A DNA stretch of 61,895 nucleotides from Candidatus Heimdallarchaeota archaeon (GCA_030668825.1 DAOVET010000006.1:1-61895), one strand, 5' to 3'. Positions 50,527-60,793 are shown, numbered from the stretch's first letter. The notes: generated by a model not told the origin, from the sequence alone. A program made the numbers and translations.

Positions 50527-51666
50527 TCTTTCAAAAACTTCTTTTGTTTGTTCTGTAGTTTTTTGCCATGATAGCTGTTCTGCTACTTCTCTAGATTTTT
50601 CCCTAATTTTTTCCGCAGTTTTTGGATTATTACGGAACTCAATTGCTTTTAATGCAAAATCAGCTATAGATCTGGGGGAAATTATCAATGTGTCATCATG
50701 ATTGAAAGTTTCTGCTTCTGGGGTTGTTAATATTGGGGTTTGACAGGCCATAGCTTCTAACAAAACCAAACTCATCCCTTCATGACTAGAAGGGAGTAAG
50801 AATAGATCAACAGAACTGAAGAATGTATTCTTCTTATGGTTATCGTAAATATATCCAAAATCTATGATATTCTCATTTAATTCTAATTTATCAATCTGAC
50901 TTAATATCTTCTTTCTTGAGTTCAGATCATCTCCTGCAATGAGTAGTTTAACGTCTGGAATTTCTTCCTTAATTTTTTTAATTATTGGCAGAATTAAATG
51001 AGCTCCCTTTCCTGCTGTCATTCTTCCAAGGAAACCTAAAACAAATTCTTTTTCCTTCTTATTGTAGATTTTTTCATCTGTTTTACAATGAATTCTTGTA
51101 TCTACACCATTTGGGATAACAGTTATTTTTTCTTCTTCAATGGAGTAATATTCAACTAATTCCTCTTTAATAGCCTCACTAACCGCTATTAAATGACTGG
51201 CTCTTTTTAGAACTCTTTTTTCCACGAATTTTAGTAATGGAAATAAAAGACGAACTCTTCGTTCCACCCAACTTAGTTGTTTTAAAGGTAATTTGTCAGC
51301 TCCTCGTTTTTCCCTACTAAAAGTGGTATGAACGGTTTCAACAATAGGATATTTATTCTTAATCCCTAATGAAGATAGTAGATTCATATTTCCCTGAACT
51401 ACATCTGGGTTTAGTTTCTTAACAATTTCTTTTGACTTCTTCCAGTAGTTTCTAGAATAGAAATATCTTGAGGAAGAGGTTTCAATTAAGGATAAAAAAG
51501 GCACTTCTATTTTTCCGTTGGCTGATTCACAATCCTTAGCTGCTGAGATAATATGTGCTTCCCAATCTCCTTCTTCGTTTAAAATCTTAGCTAATTGGAA
51601 ACAATAAATCCAAGTCGCTCCTTTTTTGTATTCTTGAGTTAGAAAGCATACTTTTTTCTTATTCAT
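50515..51666 (-). CDS. Glycosyltransferase family 4
   Basis: IPNGVD, LGRMTAGKG, EGMSLVLLEAMA. Confidence 0.92.
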   Translation of the reverse strand: MNKKKVCFLTQEYKKGATWIYCFQLAKILNEEGDWEAHIISAAKDCESANGKIEVPFLSLIETSSSRYFYSRNYWKKSKEIVKKLNPDVVQGNMNLLSSLGIKNKYPIVETVHTTFSREKRGADKLPLKQLSWVERRVRLLFPLLKFVEKRVLKRASHLIAVSEAIKEELVEYYSIEEEKITVIPNGVDTRIHCKTDEKIYNKKEKEFVLGFLGRMTAGKGAHLILPIIKKIKEEIPDVKLLIAGDDLNSRKKILSQIDKLELNENIIDFGYIYDNHKKNTFFSSVDLFLLPSSHEGMSLVLLEAMACQTPILTTPEAETFNHDDTLIISPRSIADFALKAIEFRNNPKTAEKIREKSREVAEQLSWQKTTEQTKEVFERLRI

Positions 51667-51670
51667 TATA

Positions 51671-52555
51671 TTACCTCTGTATTAATTCTTCATAACGAAT
51701 AGCTAAAGTTTTCTTAACGACATCCTTATAGTTTTTATGAGTAACTGGTTTCATATCGAGCTTAATTACTAGATTAAAGAGATCTTCCAACAGTTTTCGC
51801 AGTTTAAAAGGTTCATAAATTGCATGCAGATAAAAACAAACATAGTCAATGCTTTGATCTGTGTATTTTTTGAAATTTTTTCTATATATTTTCTTTATTT
51901 CTTCGATACCTTTTCCTTTTTGTAACAACTCTTCAAAAGTTGGCTCAGTAACAGGGAGTTGGAGAATCTGTTGTGACTTCTTTTCTGTAGTTTCAAATTG
52001 TAATTGGAACGGTTCTGAATACTTATAGTCAGCTAAGAATTCTACTCCCTTTTCTTTCATGATTTGAAAATAGTACTTGTTTGTCTGGAAGTTTGGAGCC
52101 GCATTTGTTATGGGTACAGAATTGAATATTTGATTGTATTCTATGAAAATCTTCTCTATAAATTTCGATGTCTTTTCAAAAGAAAATCTACTAAAACTTG
52201 AAGACCATTCGACATGATTGTAACCATGAGGATGAATTTCAAATAATTCTTTATCATTATAATTTTTCAAAAGTGATTTTGCCGATTCCCTTATTCTTGC
52301 AGGCGGTAGAAGGACTCCGCGAAATAGGCTTTGTATACTGTTTCTTCTCCATGGAGATATTGTAAAAGAAATCTTTTCCTTATGCCTTATTTTCCTGAAG
52401 ATATTTCTCCCAGTAGCATATTTACCTAGACTTAGGTAAATGGTTGTAGGAATACCTAATCTCTTGACTATGTTGTAAATTTGTGGAATACCTTTTTTCA
52501 AACCTTCAAATGTATCAACATCTACTCTTAGACAAAAGTGGGTTTCAGTATTCAT
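51671..52555 (-). CDS. ArnD-like deformylase / polysaccharide deacetylase
   Basis: LRVDVDTFEGLKKGIP, HGYNHVEW, QLPVTEPTFEEL, LHAIYE parallel ArnD motifs (LRIDVDT, HAWDH, QIPVTLPT, HAEVE). Confidence 0.8.
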   Translation of the reverse strand: MNTETHFCLRVDVDTFEGLKKGIPQIYNIVKRLGIPTTIYLSLGKYATGRNIFRKIRHKEKISFTISPWRRNSIQSLFRGVLLPPARIRESAKSLLKNYNDKELFEIHPHGYNHVEWSSSFSRFSFEKTSKFIEKIFIEYNQIFNSVPITNAAPNFQTNKYYFQIMKEKGVEFLADYKYSEPFQLQFETTEKKSQQILQLPVTEPTFEELLQKGKGIEEIKKIYRKNFKKYTDQSIDYVCFYLHAIYEPFKLRKLLEDLFNLVIKLDMKPVTHKNYKDVVKKTLAIRYEELIQR

Positions 52556-52588
52556 TTTGTCACTTAACTCTTGTTTTTCTTTGTGATA

Positions 52589-53800
52589 TCAGTTTTCTAT
52601 CGCACTATAATATGCTTGTTCAATCTCTTTAGCTTTCTTCTCCCAAGTATAATTGTCAAGAACTTCTTCATACCCCAGCTTTCCTAACTCTTTTCTTCTG
52701 CTCTCAGATTCTAAAAGACCATTAATTCCATTAGCCAATTCAGATGGGTTCATTGGAGGAACAAGGACACAGTTTTCTCCAAATTTTGTTATTTCTCTGA
52801 TTCCTGGAATATCTGATGCAACAACGGGTTTCTTCATAGCCATAGCTTCTAAGACACTGATGCTAGAAGCTTCCACTATACTTGGAACGGCAACAATATC
52901 TGCCTTTGATAGGTATGGAGGTATTTCATCATTAGGGATCATTCCTATCAAACGGGTATTTTTATGCAGTTTTAGTTTATTAATCTCATTTTGAATTTTT
53001 TCTCTTTCGGGACCATCACCAATTATGAAAAGAATAGCATTAGGGTATTTTTCTACAACTTTTTTAAAACTTTGAACTAGACATATTACTCCATTCTTAG
53101 CAACTAATCTTCTAGATGTCATTATAATGGGTCCTGTTTCCTTAGAAATAGAGGAATTTGGTTTTACACCAGGTGAAAATTTATCAATATCTACACCGTT
53201 GAGAATGGTTATTATTCGTTTTTTATACTTAGGTTTTACCCAATCTTTTACAGTTTCTGCAAAATCATAATCAGTATGTATTTGAACTTCACATTTTTTT
53301 ACAAGAAAAGGAGCAAGAAAACGTTCCATCTTTCTGTAAAAACCAGCTTTAAATTTATTTGGTAATATTTGATTCCAATATTTATAATACGACCCATGAA
53401 TTGTATTGATTATTTTAGCTTTGTTTCTCTTTCCAATAATTCTTGCGGCAATACCTGCTGAATATATGTGCCCATGACAAATATCGAAAGGCTGCTCTCT
53501 TCCTTTTCTTGAACGGAAAAATAATGATTTCATAAGAAAAGAAAACTGTCTTGAGAAATTCAGCTGCTGAGGATTATAAGAGCGTCTAATTGTCCCACCG
53601 AAATCGATTCTTTTAATATTCACTCCTTTAATTAGTGCTTCTTTTTTTGAGTTGGGTATAGCCCCAGTAATATAAGTGACTTCATGCCCCCGTTTAACTA
53701 GTTCTTTTGCTAAATTTATCGCGTGAAGCTCAACTCCCCCACCGATACTTCCTTTATCGTCAGGACCTAACTCAAAGATCATTGCTATTTTCAACGGCAT
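52589..53800 (-). CDS. Glycosyltransferase family 4
   Basis: GGGVE, NGVD, RRLVAKNG, EASSISVLEAMA. Confidence 0.92.
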   Translation of the reverse strand: MPLKIAMIFELGPDDKGSIGGGVELHAINLAKELVKRGHEVTYITGAIPNSKKEALIKGVNIKRIDFGGTIRRSYNPQQLNFSRQFSFLMKSLFFRSRKGREQPFDICHGHIYSAGIAARIIGKRNKAKIINTIHGSYYKYWNQILPNKFKAGFYRKMERFLAPFLVKKCEVQIHTDYDFAETVKDWVKPKYKKRIITILNGVDIDKFSPGVKPNSSISKETGPIIMTSRRLVAKNGVICLVQSFKKVVEKYPNAILFIIGDGPEREKIQNEINKLKLHKNTRLIGMIPNDEIPPYLSKADIVAVPSIVEASSISVLEAMAMKKPVVASDIPGIREITKFGENCVLVPPMNPSELANGINGLLESESRRKELGKLGYEEVLDNYTWEKKAKEIEQAYYSAIEN

Positions 53801-53801
53801 T

Positions 53802-54791
53802 CTAATCACGCTTCTTTTTTGATACAAAAATCTCTTGTAAAATCCCTAAACTCCAGAAAATATGGCCTTCTATAAACATTAGAGGTAGCATGAAAAGGAA
53901 TTGCCAATGCCTGTATTTTATCGTCTGAACAATTGAGGCGATTTGAATCGCGATTATGTACAAACCAAAATACACAGCTATTCCTACGCCGATCCATAGA
54001 TTAACAAAGAGTGCTATTGATAGAAATAAACCAGTAAGAAAATATAGTACGGGTAATAAGTGCCATAACTCTAATCCCACTTTATGTGTTCTAAAAAATT
54101 GTATTTTTCCTATAGCATATTTTTTTGACTTATTTCGAAATGTTTTGTATTTCTGAGGTCTTTGGTGATAAATTATTGCACTTGGTGTAAAAAAGAGCTT
54201 TTTCCCTTTCTGAATTAATCTATAATTGATATCTGTATCTTCAGCTGTAAGTAGGGATTCATTAAATGGTAAAACCTCTTCTAGAGCTTCCTTTCTATAA
54301 GCTGCATTGCATCCTGCAGCGCTTTGAACAAATCTCTCTTTTTTGTCAAATATGCTCTTAACTTGCTCTGACCATCCTCCTCCAAAAACAGTGTCATAAA
54401 TTGCACTAACTGCTTTCCCAAAAAGACTCTCATCTGGATATTCTAAGTGAGGGCCTGCTACACATGCAACTTCATGGTCCATTTTGTTAAAAGTTTCAAT
54501 TATATTTTTCAGCCATTCTTTATCTGCTACTACATCTGAATCTGTAAAAACAATTATATCTCCTTGAGCTATTTTTAATGCCTCATTGCAAGCAGCAGCT
54601 CTAGTTCCTCTATCCTCGTAAACTATCTCGCAATCGTATTCCTTGGCAATATTAATAGAATCATCCGTTGAATGACCATCAGCAATTATAATTTCATTGG
54701 GAACTAAACTTTGTTTCTTTATTGATTCAAGACATGCTCTCAAGGTTGAATCATTGTTGTATGTTGGAATGATTAGAGAAATACTGCTCAT
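53802..54791 (-). CDS. Glycosyltransferase family 2 with C-terminal TM helices
   Basis: IIPTYN, DGHSTD, FTDSD, AEDTDI. Confidence 0.92.
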   Translation of the reverse strand: MSSISLIIPTYNNDSTLRACLESIKKQSLVPNEIIIADGHSTDDSINIAKEYDCEIVYEDRGTRAAACNEALKIAQGDIIVFTDSDVVADKEWLKNIIETFNKMDHEVACVAGPHLEYPDESLFGKAVSAIYDTVFGGGWSEQVKSIFDKKERFVQSAAGCNAAYRKEALEEVLPFNESLLTAEDTDINYRLIQKGKKLFFTPSAIIYHQRPQKYKTFRNKSKKYAIGKIQFFRTHKVGLELWHLLPVLYFLTGLFLSIALFVNLWIGVGIAVYFGLYIIAIQIASIVQTIKYRHWQFLFMLPLMFIEGHIFWSLGILQEIFVSKKKRD

Positions 54792-54793
54792 TA

Positions 54794-55324
54794 TTAATCA
54801 CCACTCCTTTTAATCTTTAAACGTTCTTCATATAAGAAATGTTTTTTCTTGTACCCTTGTGACGAATACATAGCGTTTTGATATTCAAATAACTGATCTG
54901 GATTCTCTGCGAGTATGATTTCAATTTTTGTTTTTGCTTCTTCTTTCAAAACATCTAAACTTTTTGCATCTGTTAAAGGACAATACCAAACAAGCCAACG
55001 TAGATTATATTCATTTTCTTTGATTTTGTTTATTTTGAAAAAGAGGGGGAACAGTTTACAATCTAAAGGTCTGCTACTGTAAATGTCACACAAACCTTCT
55101 TCAGAAAGAAAATAACAATTGTTGCTGTCTTCCCTTTTGGCGATTACTATAGTTTTATTTTCTCCCTGGCCAATACTGTTGAACCAATTCTTGTTCTCTT
55201 GTAATTTGCTAATTCTGTCGAAATCATTGTTTGTTAAAGCTGGAGGTGTGCTTTTACAACACTTACTTTTACAATATTTTGAGCAGATTTCAACTGGTTC
55301 CATTTCTCTAAGCATCCTTAGCAA
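54794..55324 (-). CDS. YkgJ-family cysteine-cluster protein
   Basis: CSKYCKSKCC, CYFL..GLCDIYSSRPLDCKLFP. Confidence 0.85.
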   Translation of the reverse strand: MLRMLREMEPVEICSKYCKSKCCKSTPPALTNNDFDRISKLQENKNWFNSIGQGENKTIVIAKREDSNNCYFLSEEGLCDIYSSRPLDCKLFPLFFKINKIKENEYNLRWLVWYCPLTDAKSLDVLKEEAKTKIEIILAENPDQLFEYQNAMYSSQGYKKKHFLYEERLKIKRSGD

Positions 55325-55339
55325 TTTTTTTGAATGATC

Positions 55340-56611
55340 CTAACTCAAATAAAATGAATCATTAATCATCTGATTCATATCATCAGCTGGTTTAATCAAT
55401 TCTGTTAATCCCTTGTTTGTTAGTTGATAAATAGCTGGTCTTGGATAGCCAAACTGTTCACTCATTGAAATTGTATATGCTCCACAATTGAGAACAACTA
55501 GTAAATCTCCTTCCTCAATCTCGAAATTGACTGCTTCATCACTCAGTATATCCACAGGGAGACATAATGGACCACCTATGTTAGTGTACTGTCCCTTCCC
55601 CCTAAAGTTTGCAGGAACAACACTATAGTGCGAATATCGCATTGGAATTAGTGTATTTGCACCAACATCAATAAAAGCCCATTTTCTACCCCACGATTTC
55701 TTTGTTCTTAATACCTTAGTAATTGCTACAAAACTATCCTCTATTAGGTATCTTCCTGGTTCAAAGATTATTTTTTTGTTTTCAATATTGTCCATTTTTG
55801 TAGAAACTTGTTCGCCTAGTTTTTCTAATTGAAACCCCTCTTTCTCCAGGGTAGATTTGCTTGCTAATCCTCCCCCCAAATTTATTTCGGAGAGTGAAAT
55901 AGCCTGTTTATCCTCCAAATCAGTTACATACCCATTAAGAAACCCAAGTAACTCATCATAAAACTCATGTGACGTTAGATTTGTTCCAACATGAGTATGA
56001 ACCCCAACTGGATCCAAATGAGGGCTTTTCTTAGCATATTCAAACAGTTTTACTCCTCGAGAATAGTCGATTCCTAATTTGCTATTTTTCTTTATTAACA
56101 GCTTTCTTTCGGTAGTTTCTTTCAATTTTGGATGTATTCTGACCGTGATTTTTTGAACTAATTCTAGTTTTTCTGCTATTTTTTCTACTTGTTGTATTTC
56201 GTTAAGAGATTCAACATTGAGATAATTTATTTTATTTGCAATAGCATAATTCAATTCATCTAAAGTTTTTGCTGGACCATTAAGAACAATTTTGTTAAAG
56301 GGTACTCCTGCTTTTTCTGCCAATTTCAATTCAAAAAGTGACATAGCTTCAATTCCTAGATCAAGTTTGTGTGATTCTTGTAATATTCTGCCTAGATAGT
56401 TAGCTTTTGCGGCATATGAAATGAATAAATCTGGAATATGCTTTCCTAATTTGTTCTTTATTTCCAACACATTTTCTTGAAATCTTTGCAGGAGAAATAA
56501 GAAGAAAGGTACTGTCTTATTTTCTACTAATGATTCTATGTCCTTCTGTTGAATCTGTAATTTGTTGTTTTCATAGCAAAGATAGGGGTAGTTCTCTATT
56601 ATGTCTAACAT
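55340..56611 (-). CDS. Fold-III PLP decarboxylase (diaminopimelate/ornithine/arginine family)
   Basis: YAAKAN (PLP Lys), HTHVGT, INLGGG, EPGRYL, GPLC..DIL, GAYT. Confidence 0.88.
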   Translation of the reverse strand: MLDIIENYPYLCYENNKLQIQQKDIESLVENKTVPFFLFLLQRFQENVLEIKNKLGKHIPDLFISYAAKANYLGRILQESHKLDLGIEAMSLFELKLAEKAGVPFNKIVLNGPAKTLDELNYAIANKINYLNVESLNEIQQVEKIAEKLELVQKITVRIHPKLKETTERKLLIKKNSKLGIDYSRGVKLFEYAKKSPHLDPVGVHTHVGTNLTSHEFYDELLGFLNGYVTDLEDKQAISLSEINLGGGLASKSTLEKEGFQLEKLGEQVSTKMDNIENKKIIFEPGRYLIEDSFVAITKVLRTKKSWGRKWAFIDVGANTLIPMRYSHYSVVPANFRGKGQYTNIGGPLCLPVDILSDEAVNFEIEEGDLLVVLNCGAYTISMSEQFGYPRPAIYQLTNKGLTELIKPADDMNQMINDSFYLS

Positions 56612-56732
56612 ATTGCTCTTGCGCTTACTATAATATTCTCTTTAATTAATATTATCGCTTGGGAATATTGTGTTTAAATCTCAAATATGTCATTAGCCAG
56701 CATATTTTTGAATATCCTAAAGATTTTGATTT

Positions 56733-57890
56733 ATGGATAGAGATTCTATCTTCACCACTCTTTCCCAACTTGAAAACAATGTTAGATTGCAAGAAGGAAT
56801 ATATGGTATAATTAAATTTTTGGCTGTTATTGATAGATATCCTAACTCCTCTATGATAAATTTGTCAAAAGAAGCTGGTTTTCCTATCCCAATATGTGTA
56901 GCCATTAGAAATGAACTTGCAAAAATTGGTTGGTGTTCAAGAGAAAGTGACGGTACTGAAATCACTGAACTAGGTTCTGAAGCATTATCAAGGCTAGGAA
57001 AATTCAATAAATCTTTCTCATGTAATGAGTGTAATGGTAGTGGGTTAAAGCTCCCCCTTGAAAATTACAAAGATTCTTTGATACAGATTAGAAAATTTAC
57101 AGATATGCGTGGTCCTCCAAATACTGTAATAGACCAATCGTTTGCTACAACAGAAACAAGTCTAGTTCGAGTTCTTGCAATGGGTAACAACTATGATCTT
57201 TTCCATGAGAGTTATGCACTTGTAGGTGACAGTGACTTAACCAGTATTCCTTTAGCACTGTTTTCTAATTCTAAATCTAGAGTAGTTGTTTTCGACATAG
57301 ATACAAGAATTCGAGATATAATAGATTGCGCGAATAAAGAGCTTAAACTAAATATTGAGTTTGTGGAACATGACTTAAGAAAGAATATTCCTGATGAATA
57401 CAATAGCCAGTTTAGCTGCTTTGTAACTGACCCACCTTATACAATTAATGGCCTCAATCTGTTTATCTCTCGAGGCATACAGCTCATAAATGATGCTCGA
57501 GGTGGAGTTGGCTATCTTTCATTTGGAAGTAAACCACCACAAGATCAACTTCAAATTCAGAAGAACTTGTCGAAAATGGGTTGTTTATTTACTCATATTC
57601 TACCAAGATTTAATGAATATGTAGGCGCACAAAAACTGGGTGGGGTTTCAACTTTTTATCGTTTGCAAATCTTATCTGATGCTGAACCTCTTATAAGCAC
57701 AGATTATGAAGGGATTCTTTATACTGGTGAAAGAAATCCAACAATAAGAGTTTATCAGTGTAAGAACTGTAAAACAGAGATTGAAGTTGGTCAAGGTAAC
57801 AATTTTGTAACCATCGAGCAGCTAAAAGAGGTTGGTTGTCCGAAATGCAATCTCCATATCTTTCATAAAAAAGGAGAAAGAAAGACATAA
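56733..57890 (+). CDS. bpsA: BpsA-like branched-chain polyamine (aminopropyl) transferase with Zn-ribbon C-terminus
   Basis: DQSFATTETS, VGDSDLTS, VFDIDTRI, HDLR, TDPPYT, CKNC...CPKC. Confidence 0.8.
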   Translation: MDRDSIFTTLSQLENNVRLQEGIYGIIKFLAVIDRYPNSSMINLSKEAGFPIPICVAIRNELAKIGWCSRESDGTEITELGSEALSRLGKFNKSFSCNECNGSGLKLPLENYKDSLIQIRKFTDMRGPPNTVIDQSFATTETSLVRVLAMGNNYDLFHESYALVGDSDLTSIPLALFSNSKSRVVVFDIDTRIRDIIDCANKELKLNIEFVEHDLRKNIPDEYNSQFSCFVTDPPYTINGLNLFISRGIQLINDARGGVGYLSFGSKPPQDQLQIQKNLSKMGCLFTHILPRFNEYVGAQKLGGVSTFYRLQILSDAEPLISTDYEGILYTGERNPTIRVYQCKNCKTEIEVGQGNNFVTIEQLKEVGCPKCNLHIFHKKGERKT

Positions 57891-57952
57891 TGATTTTAAA
57901 CTGAACGTGGGATTATAGAACTAGATGCAGCAATAAAACTTTATTTAGAACA

Positions 57953-59650
57953 ATGCAGTTAGGTGTAAACGTGTCTCGTAAATCCTATTTCGTTCCTACA
58001 ATAATCATTGGGAAACTATTTCTGTTTTTCCTTATTCTGTACTTTAATCTAGGGATGTATGGATTCGATTCATACCTTCATTTACAATATGTTGATTCCA
58101 TAATTAGCAATGGTCATATTTTAGAACTCCCCATAGCCCCATCCTATGCTGATTTCATTGGCTTTCATGTTTTTGCTTCAGCCATTTCATCAATGACAGG
58201 GTTAGAAGCTAATATAATTTATGAATTTGTAAGCACAATAATTCCAATACTTATTTTTGATTTAACTATAGTTGCTTTTATTCGCCACGTGGATAAAAAG
58301 AAAAAGGGATACATATCCAATGATGTAAACTTAAAATATCTAGCACTGATTTTACTCTATCCTGCAATTATCGGCATTCAGATGCTCTTGGGACGTCCCA
58401 ATTCATTAGGACTAAGCTTATTCAGCTTGTGTTTATACTTGTATTTATGCAAACCTGAAAGATTCAGAGCACAGATCTTAGCTGGTTTTCTTGCAGTTGT
58501 TACACTAGAAGTTCATCATCTTTCCGCAATTTTCCTATTACCTGTCATATTTTTTAGCAGTATATTTTTAGCTAAAAACTATAGAGCTATACTTTCTTTA
58601 GTTTATGCGATTCCTGCAGTTTTAATAATTCGAATCATACAAACTTCGAGAGAATTTTCTATTGTAAATCAATACTTAGAGTTGACAAGTCCTGCTTATA
58701 AAAAAATGTATGATATCTTCATCAAAAATGAATATTTATTTCTAATTGTTTGGCTAGCAATAACTTTGCTTGGATTTTTTATAAGAATGAGATATGGTGA
58801 AAAAATATCTAATTTCTTCACTACTAGAAAACCAACCAAAATACTCCTAATTTCCTCAGTGTGTGCAATAGTAATTCTTGAGGTGTCTGGATTGTTTGTA
58901 TATACTGCTGCTCTTAATTCATGGTTTGTTACATTGGAACTCGGAATTATTGTGGTTTTGAGTGGGATTGCTCTAATATTCAACAATACTGCGCGAATAG
59001 CGTTATTTTCACTTGGCTTCTTTTTTTATGGTTTAACGGTAGTTCTCTCTCTCATGTTTAAATCGGAGCATGAGCTTTCTTGGGTGGCTCCAAGAACTTT
59101 TATTTTCACAATTCTCTTTGTTAGTTTATTAGCTTATATTGCAATATCAGATATTCTTCCAAAACTTAAAGCTAAATGGAAAACACTTTTTGTTTCTGTC
59201 CTCATACTAAATTCTTATTTTAGCTTTGCATACATGGGAGACCAATATCTACCAGGGTATAATCTGACAAATTCTTATCAGAACATGACAATTGCTTATA
59301 GTATAGATTCTGCTGTTAATCTTACAATAATCACACAATTAACAATAAGTATTCCATTTTCAGTTTCAAAATTCATAGATGGTTTCAATATTTACAATCG
59401 CAATACTCAAGTGTTTTTAAATTCGAGCAAGACGATTCAAGAGAACGGATATCTAATAGCAGCATCACACTATAGATACATAGTATTAGGCACGGTTATG
59501 GATTTGTGGTTGGGGCTTCCTTTGTGTTTGTCAACACAAGACTTGACTTATCTCTTGAATGTTTTACGACAAGGCTTTCCATGGCCTAATAGACCAACAT
59601 TACATGTTGTTATAAGTAACAACCACAATTATCTCATATATCATTTGTAG
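57953..59650 (+). CDS. Polytopic GT-C-like membrane protein
   Basis: About 12-13 TM; first external loop GFDSYLH; HHLS; soluble C-terminal external domain with NxS/T sites. Confidence 0.6.
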   Translation: MQLGVNVSRKSYFVPTIIIGKLFLFFLILYFNLGMYGFDSYLHLQYVDSIISNGHILELPIAPSYADFIGFHVFASAISSMTGLEANIIYEFVSTIIPILIFDLTIVAFIRHVDKKKKGYISNDVNLKYLALILLYPAIIGIQMLLGRPNSLGLSLFSLCLYLYLCKPERFRAQILAGFLAVVTLEVHHLSAIFLLPVIFFSSIFLAKNYRAILSLVYAIPAVLIIRIIQTSREFSIVNQYLELTSPAYKKMYDIFIKNEYLFLIVWLAITLLGFFIRMRYGEKISNFFTTRKPTKILLISSVCAIVILEVSGLFVYTAALNSWFVTLELGIIVVLSGIALIFNNTARIALFSLGFFFYGLTVVLSLMFKSEHELSWVAPRTFIFTILFVSLLAYIAISDILPKLKAKWKTLFVSVLILNSYFSFAYMGDQYLPGYNLTNSYQNMTIAYSIDSAVNLTIITQLTISIPFSVSKFIDGFNIYNRNTQVFLNSSKTIQENGYLIAASHYRYIVLGTVMDLWLGLPLCLSTQDLTYLLNVLRQGFPWPNRPTLHVVISNNHNYLIYHL

Positions 59651-59659
59651 GTGAATTAA

Positions 59660-60793
59660 ATGGATCCTCTAAAAATTGTTCAAGTTACTCCTTTCTTCGG
59701 TTCAAGAAGTTATGGGGGTACTGAAAGATACGTGAGTAATCTTTCAACTGAACTTGCAAATAGAGGTCATCATATTGATGTTTTTACAACTAAAAATAGC
59801 ACTAAAGTCCCCTACCAGAGTTATTACAAGAACATGACTGTTCACCGCTTCTATAGTCCATGGAATGTTTTTGGTATTAACCCTGCATGTTTTATGTTTC
59901 ATAAAATGCTCCAGCTAAAGGATATTGATGTGTTTCATGTTCATTCCTATATATACTTCACAACTATTCAAGCTGCTTTAACTAAATTACTTAAGAGAAC
60001 CCCTCTACTCCTACATATTCATGGTGGAGTAGGAAGACCCCCCTACAAAACAGGATTCTTAAAGGAATTCGCAAAACTATTTTATGATTATACTTTAGGA
60101 AAGTTTGTTCTATCTCAAGCAGATATAATTGCATCCGTTAGTTTACAAGATTCAAAGCTGTTGGAAAAAACAATTCATTCTAATCTTAACAGAATTATTA
60201 TTGTAAACAATGCAATTAATCCAGAAGATTTTCCTGAGATTTCACCTGTTTTGCAGAAGAAAATTGTGATTTCATATGTTGGAGATTTGGAACCATGGAA
60301 AGGCATCCTCTATTATTCAAAGGTCATAAATAGGGTACTTAAACAGACAAAAAATATTTCTTTTTGGTTTGTGGGGAATGGGTCACTTTACTCTGCTCTA
60401 AAAGATAAATTTGAAGAAGAAAAACGAGTAAAACTATTTGGAGCTGTAGATTACAATGAAATCCCCAAAATTTTAGAAAAGACACATATTTTAGTTCAAC
60501 CTAGTTTCTGGGAAGGTTCTCCCACTACTATAATCGAAGCAATGGCTATGGGTATTCCTGTTGTTGCTTCCAATATTGGTGATATTCCTAGACTTTTAAA
60601 TTCTGGTGGAGATGGCATACTGTTTGAAGCTGGGAATGAAAACCAGTTAGAGGAAATAATCCTAAATGCTGCAAAAAACTATAATGAGCTAGTTGATACT
60701 GCAAGAAAAGCAAGGAGCAAAATCAGAAAAGACTTTGCTTTTAAGAATGTTACAAATCAAATTGAGGATTTGTATTATAAACTGGTTTCATGA
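59660..60793 (+). CDS. Glycosyltransferase family 4
   Basis: YGGTE, VGDLEPWKG, EGSPTTIIEAMA. Confidence 0.92.
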   Translation: MDPLKIVQVTPFFGSRSYGGTERYVSNLSTELANRGHHIDVFTTKNSTKVPYQSYYKNMTVHRFYSPWNVFGINPACFMFHKMLQLKDIDVFHVHSYIYFTTIQAALTKLLKRTPLLLHIHGGVGRPPYKTGFLKEFAKLFYDYTLGKFVLSQADIIASVSLQDSKLLEKTIHSNLNRIIIVNNAINPEDFPEISPVLQKKIVISYVGDLEPWKGILYYSKVINRVLKQTKNISFWFVGNGSLYSALKDKFEEEKRVKLFGAVDYNEIPKILEKTHILVQPSFWEGSPTTIIEAMAMGIPVVASNIGDIPRLLNSGGDGILFEAGNENQLEEIILNAAKNYNELVDTARKARSKIRKDFAFKNVTNQIEDLYYKLVS

